Origin: Archaeoglobus fulgidus DSM 4304
Lineage (GTDB): Archaea; Halobacteriota; Archaeoglobi; Archaeoglobales; Archaeoglobaceae
Direction: 5' to 3'
DNA: 32,000 bases
NCBI RefSeq assembly: GCF_000008665.1
Contig: NC_000917.1
Span: 900,001 to 932,000 of the forward strand
The notes under the pieces were generated by a model. It had not been told where the DNA came from and did not search any database. It saw nothing but the letters and a program-made list of their open reading frames with translations. The translations under genes and the position numbers were made by a program. Of the stretch, positions 27,500 to 32,000 are shown in pieces; position 1 is the first letter of the stretch, and each line of letters opens with the position of its first letter.

Positions 27500-28693
27500 A
27501 TGCTGGCTGAATACATCCTCACGGAAGAGCAAAAGGCCATAAAGGAGGCTGCAAGGGAGTTCGCGGAGAAGGAGTTTCCTAACTACGTTGAGGAGTGCGA
27601 CAGGGAGGAGAAGTTCCCCTTTGAGCTTTGGAAGAAGGCTGCCCAGCTCGGATTCATCGGGATGTCCATTCCCGAGGAGTACGGAGGGCAGGGGCTTGGA
27701 ATTCTTGATTCCTGCCTCGTTGTCGAGGAGTTCTGGAGGGTCGATGCTGGTGTTGGGCAGATTGTCGGAACGGTGTTCGGCTCAGAGCAGATAACGCTAT
27801 TCGGCAACGAGGAGCAGAAGAAGAAGTACCTGCCACCGCTCGCAAAGGGAGAGAAAATCTGCGCCGCCTGCTACACAGAACCTCAGGCGGGGAGCGATGT
27901 TGCGGGAATTAAAACAAGAGCGGACAAGGATGGAGATGAGTACGTAATCAACGGAACGAAGATGTTCATCACCAACGGCAGCATTGCAGACTACTACATA
28001 GTTCTGGCGAGAACTGATCCAAATCCGCCGAAGAGACATCATGGCATGTCAGTATTTCTGGTTGAAAGAGAAAGAGAGGGTGTGCAGGCGAACAAGCTGA
28101 AGAACAAGCTTGGTATTAGGGCAAATGACACTGCGGAAGTTGTGTTCAAAAATGTAAGAGTGCCGAAGGAGAACCTCATCGGCGAGGAAGGGAAAGGTTT
28201 CTACCAGACGATGATTTTCTTCAACGTCACAAGGATTCCTGTCGCATTTCAGGCTGTGGGCCTTGCACAGGGGGCATTTGAGCTTGCGTACCACTACGCC
28301 AGAAACAGGGAGGTTTTCGAGAGGAAGCTTGCAGACTTCCAGGTTACGCAGGAGAAGCTTGCGAAGATGAGGACGGAGCTTGAGGCTGCCCGCTTACTGG
28401 CATATCAGGCTGCCTACTTCCAGGACAAGATGGGGATGCCAGATCCGGGATTGACGGCGATGGCGAAGTACTACACGGCCAAGGCCGCGCAGTTCATTGT
28501 TAATGAGGCTTTGCAGATACACGGAGGTTACGGATTTATGGGAGAGCAGCACATAAGCAGGATGTACAGGGACGTTAGAATTCTGGAGATCTACGAGGGT
28601 ACAAGGGAAATAGAGATGGAGATAATAGGGAGGTCTTTGCTGGGCAAAGTGCCCTCGAGGCTTGGAGCGGTGAGGAAGCATCCCCTCCAGTAA
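27500..28693 (+). CDS. Acyl-CoA dehydrogenase
   Basis: 397 aa; CYTEPQAGSDVAGIKTRADKDGDEYVINGTKMFITNG, YGGYGFMGEQHISRMYRDVRILEIYEGTREIEMEIIGRSLL (catalytic-Glu region YEGT). Confidence 0.95.
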   Translation: MLAEYILTEEQKAIKEAAREFAEKEFPNYVEECDREEKFPFELWKKAAQLGFIGMSIPEEYGGQGLGILDSCLVVEEFWRVDAGVGQIVGTVFGSEQITLFGNEEQKKKYLPPLAKGEKICAACYTEPQAGSDVAGIKTRADKDGDEYVINGTKMFITNGSIADYYIVLARTDPNPPKRHHGMSVFLVEREREGVQANKLKNKLGIRANDTAEVVFKNVRVPKENLIGEEGKGFYQTMIFFNVTRIPVAFQAVGLAQGAFELAYHYARNREVFERKLADFQVTQEKLAKMRTELEAARLLAYQAAYFQDKMGMPDPGLTAMAKYYTAKAAQFIVNEALQIHGGYGFMGEQHISRMYRDVRILEIYEGTREIEMEIIGRSLLGKVPSRLGAVRKHPLQ

Positions 28694-28736
28694 ATTTTCC
28701 CTTTTGTTTTTTGAATGATGTAAAAAATTCAAAAAA

Positions 28737-30179
28737 TCAATCTCTCGGAAGCTCCTCGCTTATGCCAGAAAGGTACTTTGCGATGTCCTTTTTCTTCTCG
28801 AAGTCGTAGCTCCTCCATATTGCAATTTCTTCCATCACCGGCGAGCCTCCACCGTGAACTCCTGCAACCGCCTGAACACCTCCGAGGGAGGAGCAGAGGA
28901 TGTTGGATATTCCGAACAGGCAGCGGTACACATGCTCCGCCGGAACGTCAGCCCTTCTCTTGATGTACTTTCTGATGTACGGGCCCACCTCCTCGCTCAG
29001 GAAGTCTTCGGCAAAGGGCAGTGCAGCAGGCAACCCACCAGAAAGCTCTGCAAGAATTTCAAGCTCCTTGTAGTAGTTCAGGCCCGCATGCCTCCTTCCA
29101 ACGTTGGCGTAAACTTCATTGGGAATAAAGGTTCCTGCAGGGGATTTCTGACCGTAGTGTGCTGCTGCTACTCCAGCAGCAAACACAAGTTCTGCAGTTG
29201 CAGCAAGCTCAACCAGCTTTTCTCTAATGTTGTGCTTCTCGTAAACCCCATTGTACTCTGCAATTAAAGCGCCAAAGCCCATTATCATGTCCGTGGTGGC
29301 GGGCTTGCAGCCCGTGTAGCTGTGTCTGTGGAAGAGGGCAAAGAGGTGTGCTGCAAGCGTAGCGTACTTGTTTTCTCCGCATAAAAACACTCTATCCCAC
29401 GGCACAAACACATCGTCGAAGATTATCATGTTCTCGTCGTCCCCTATCTCCCCCTGCGGCATCTTCAGACCTTCAGGTGCTCTCAGTTTGCTCGTCCTTG
29501 CGACAATCTTCACGCCTTCAGTATCTGCTGGAACTGCGAAGGCCACGCTGTAGTCCTTATCCTCAGGGGTCATCGCTCTCGTTGGTACAACAATTATCTC
29601 ATCCGCCACAGCAGCCATGGTTATGCAGTTCTTCGCTCCCCTCACAACAATTCCATCGCTCCTCCTCTCCACAACTCTCACGTACATGTCCGGGTCGTCC
29701 TGCTGGTGGGGTCTCTTGCTTCTGTCCCCCTTCACGTCCGTCTGGGCGCAGGCAGCAACAAGATCCCTCTCCTGAAACTCCTTTACGTACTCAAGAAACC
29801 TTTTGTGATAGTCGGTTCCGTGCTCCGTGTCTGCTGCAAAGGTTGCGACGGAGAGGCCGTTTATAGCATCACAACCCATACAGCGCTGGATGCAACCCCC
29901 AACGAGCCTGCAGAGCTTTCTGGTCATTAGCTGCTTTTTTAGCAAATCCTCCGCAGATTGATTTATGTGGGTGAAGCGGTTGATTCTCTTTCCGGAAATG
30001 TGGGACTTTGTGGTCAGCAAATCCTTGTAGTCTGGATGCTCTACGAGGTCGAATGTTTTGGAAATGACATTGATTCCTCCACTCACTTCGGGTGAATCCC
30101 TTCTCACTTTCTTTCCTCTAACATAAACATTCGGCTTCAGCTTATACAAATCCTGCCTGTATTCCTCCGATGTTCTCAT
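28737..30179 (-). CDS. 4-hydroxybutyryl-CoA dehydratase / vinylacetyl-CoA isomerase homologue (4-hydroxyphenylacetate 3-hydroxylase superfamily)
   Basis: 480 aa; GCIQRCMGCDAINGLSVATFAADTEHGTDYHKRFLEYVKEFQERDL and HRHSYTGCKPATTDMIMGFGALIAEYNG retain the CxxxC and Hx6C cluster ligand spacing of AbfD enzymes. Confidence 0.88.
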   Translation of the reverse strand: MRTSEEYRQDLYKLKPNVYVRGKKVRRDSPEVSGGINVISKTFDLVEHPDYKDLLTTKSHISGKRINRFTHINQSAEDLLKKQLMTRKLCRLVGGCIQRCMGCDAINGLSVATFAADTEHGTDYHKRFLEYVKEFQERDLVAACAQTDVKGDRSKRPHQQDDPDMYVRVVERRSDGIVVRGAKNCITMAAVADEIIVVPTRAMTPEDKDYSVAFAVPADTEGVKIVARTSKLRAPEGLKMPQGEIGDDENMIIFDDVFVPWDRVFLCGENKYATLAAHLFALFHRHSYTGCKPATTDMIMGFGALIAEYNGVYEKHNIREKLVELAATAELVFAAGVAAAHYGQKSPAGTFIPNEVYANVGRRHAGLNYYKELEILAELSGGLPAALPFAEDFLSEEVGPYIRKYIKRRADVPAEHVYRCLFGISNILCSSLGGVQAVAGVHGGGSPVMEEIAIWRSYDFEKKKDIAKYLSGISEELPRD

Positions 30180-30224
30180 AACATCACCAACACAATTAAT
30201 TTTTAAAAATATTTTTTAAAAAAA

Positions 30225-31415
30225 TTAAACTCTCTCAATTACAACCGCCGCGCCCTGTCCGCCGCCGACGCAGGCGGTTGCCACGCCGTAATCGCCATTG
30301 TTCTCCTGAAGGATTCTTGCCAGCGTGCCAATCAGCCTCGCACCGCTCGCTGCCAGAGGATGACCGATGGCAACTGCACCACCATGTATATTCACCCTCT
30401 CCGGCTCAATTCCGAGCTCGTGGATGGCGTAAAGCGGGACTATCGCAAAGGCCTCGTTAATCTCCCAGTAGTCTATGTCGCTCACCTTCAAGCCAGTTTT
30501 TTCCAGAGCCTTTCTGCTTGCAGGAACCGGCCCTGCTCCCATTATGTAAGGAGGCACTCCCGCTGTGCCGTATCCGATGATTTTGGCGATTGGCTCAAGT
30601 CCAAGCTCCTGAACCTTCTTTTTAGAGGCAAGCAGCAGGCCTGAAGCTCCAGCGTTGAGAGGAGAGGAGTTTCCGGCTGTAATCACCCCTCCAGGCTTAA
30701 AGGCTGGTGGCAGAGAGGCTATCTGCTCAAGGGATGTGTCTGGCCTTATTGACTGATCCGAATCCACGGTTATCACACTACCATCAGCCTGCGGGGCTTC
30801 AACGGGGATTATCTCCCCCTTGAAGTAACCATCTTTGAGGGCCTTGGCAGCAAGCTGGTGGCTCCTCAGAGACCACCTGTCGAGGTCCTCTTTGGTCAGG
30901 TAGCCCGCCATCTCAAAGAGCGTTTCCGCAGTCAAGCCCATGACAAACCCGATGTCCATTCTGTAGTCCTTGTACTCCTCCGTGAGCAACTTCGGATGGC
31001 GGTCAACGTGCGGATTGTCGGCACCCATCGGCACCCTCGTCATGTGCTCGTAACCGCCGGAAATCATCATGTCCTCGTTTCCGCTTGCAATTTCCAGATA
31101 CGCGTAGGCGGTTGTTGCAAGGGACGACCCGCACTGCATGTCCACGTGGCTTGCTGAGGTTTCGGGAGGGTACTTTGCCAGCAGCGACGCCATCTTCCCT
31201 CCGTAAGGCCAGTTCTCCGACACCGGAAAGGCGCATCCGAGTAAAATCCTCCCAACTTCCTTCTTCTCAATCCCCGCCCTCTCAGGCAGCTTTTCCAGAA
31301 CCAACGCCATTAGCTCGTCTCCTCTAATCTTGTGGAACACGTCCCTTTCGGGCTTCTTCGGCCTGCTTCTCGAAAAGGGCGTTCTTGCATACTCTACAAT
31401 ATACACTTCTTCCAC
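30225..31415 (-). CDS. Acetyl-CoA acetyltransferase / thiolase
   Basis: 396 aa; VDMQCGSSLATTAYAYLEIASGNEDMMISGGYEHMTRVPMG, INEAFAIVPLYAI, NIHGGAVAIGHPLAASGARL, GVATACVGGGQGAAVVIE. Confidence 0.93.
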   Translation of the reverse strand: MEEVYIVEYARTPFSRSRPKKPERDVFHKIRGDELMALVLEKLPERAGIEKKEVGRILLGCAFPVSENWPYGGKMASLLAKYPPETSASHVDMQCGSSLATTAYAYLEIASGNEDMMISGGYEHMTRVPMGADNPHVDRHPKLLTEEYKDYRMDIGFVMGLTAETLFEMAGYLTKEDLDRWSLRSHQLAAKALKDGYFKGEIIPVEAPQADGSVITVDSDQSIRPDTSLEQIASLPPAFKPGGVITAGNSSPLNAGASGLLLASKKKVQELGLEPIAKIIGYGTAGVPPYIMGAGPVPASRKALEKTGLKVSDIDYWEINEAFAIVPLYAIHELGIEPERVNIHGGAVAIGHPLAASGARLIGTLARILQENNGDYGVATACVGGGQGAAVVIERV

Positions 31416-31419
31416 GAAA

Positions 31420-32000
31420 TCACCTCTTCATCTTCTTCAATTCCTCCTCTCTCAAAATTCTCCTCAAATACTTCCCAGCAGCGGACTTGGGGAGCTCATC
31501 CCTGAATTCAACAATTCTCGGATACTTGTAGGCCGCCATTCTCTCCTTGCACCAGTTGATGATGTCCTGCTCCGTAATCTTCCCCCTGTAATCTTCATGA
31601 AGGACGACGAAGGCCTTGATCGTCTCTCCGGCAACCTCATCTGGCAGACCGATGACGCAGACCTCCTTGATTGCTGGATGCTCGTACATTATGTCCTCTA
31701 TCTCTCTCGGATAGACGCTGTGCCCCTTGTACTTGATGATGTCCTTCAGCCTGTCAACGATGTAGAAGTATCCATCTTCATCCATCTTCGCTATATCTCC
31801 AGTCCTGAGCCACTTCATTCCGCCGGCCTCAAAGAAGACGTCCTCTGTCTCTCTCGGCCTGTTCCAGTATCCCTTCATGACCTGAGGGCCGGCTATCACA
31901 AGCTCCCCTTCCTCACCAATCGGCAGAAACTCCATGGTTTCCGGATTGATGATAGCAGCGTAGGTGTTGGGAATGGGCGGGCCAACAGAGCCAATCTTTC
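31420..32000 (-). CDS. AMP-forming acyl-CoA synthetase/ligase (5' part beyond window)
   Basis: EEGELVIAGPQVMKGYWNRPRETEDVFFEAGGMKWLRTGDIAKMDEDGYFYIVDRLKDIIKYKGHSVYPREIEDIM...YPRIVEFRDELPKSAAGKYLRRILR. The frame stays open to the window end (KIGSVGPPIPNTYAAIINPETMEFLPIGEEG). Confidence 0.93.
   Translation of the reverse strand, partial: KIGSVGPPIPNTYAAIINPETMEFLPIGEEGELVIAGPQVMKGYWNRPRETEDVFFEAGGMKWLRTGDIAKMDEDGYFYIVDRLKDIIKYKGHSVYPREIEDIMYEHPAIKEVCVIGLPDEVAGETIKAFVVLHEDYRGKITEQDIINWCKERMAAYKYPRIVEFRDELPKSAAGKYLRRILREEELKKMKR

Noticed and set aside
1-32000. tRNA, rRNA, CRISPR arrays or IS elements with intact transposase
   Set aside because: None could be recognised by eye in the intergenic regions. 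A tRNAscan/Infernal/ISfinder run would be needed to exclude small or degenerate copies.

Overview
The window looks like chromosomal DNA of a hyperthermophilic archaeon, most likely Archaeoglobus. Support: leaderless TATA-type promoters, a reverse gyrase, an archaeosine-type radical SAM protein and a geranylgeranyl-reductase-like protein. It is densely coded. Contents in order: SAH/MTA deaminase (partial), wHTH regulator, membrane-anchored wHTH protein, nadE, lipoprotein, SixA-like phosphatase, recombinase-like ORF, ABC-2 exporter plus COG1361-type protein, a low-GC island with a broken OLD-family ATPase/TOPRIM nuclease gene, TrmB regulator, ferredoxin, AN1-zinc-finger/rhomboid fusion, RaSEA-like radical SAM, ilvD, a broken TauE-like gene plus DUF1634-like partner, MacB-type ABC exporter plus COG1361-type protein, ACT-domain regulator, lone ABC ATPase plus ModE-N-like HTH, geranylgeranyl reductase family, reverse gyrase, and an acyl-CoA metabolism cluster that includes a 4-hydroxybutyryl-CoA dehydratase homologue. 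The best candidate for something undescribed is the island at about 8866-10961. A 40-aa small ORF (9067-9189), absent from the supplied track, overlaps the start codon of the OLD-family gene by ATGA and has a well-placed TATA-like element. The OLD gene itself is disrupted by an exact 10-bp tandem duplication and by an upstream frameshift. Correcting both gives one continuous 504-aa ATPase-TOPRIM protein. The island is bracketed by an 11-bp exact direct repeat.
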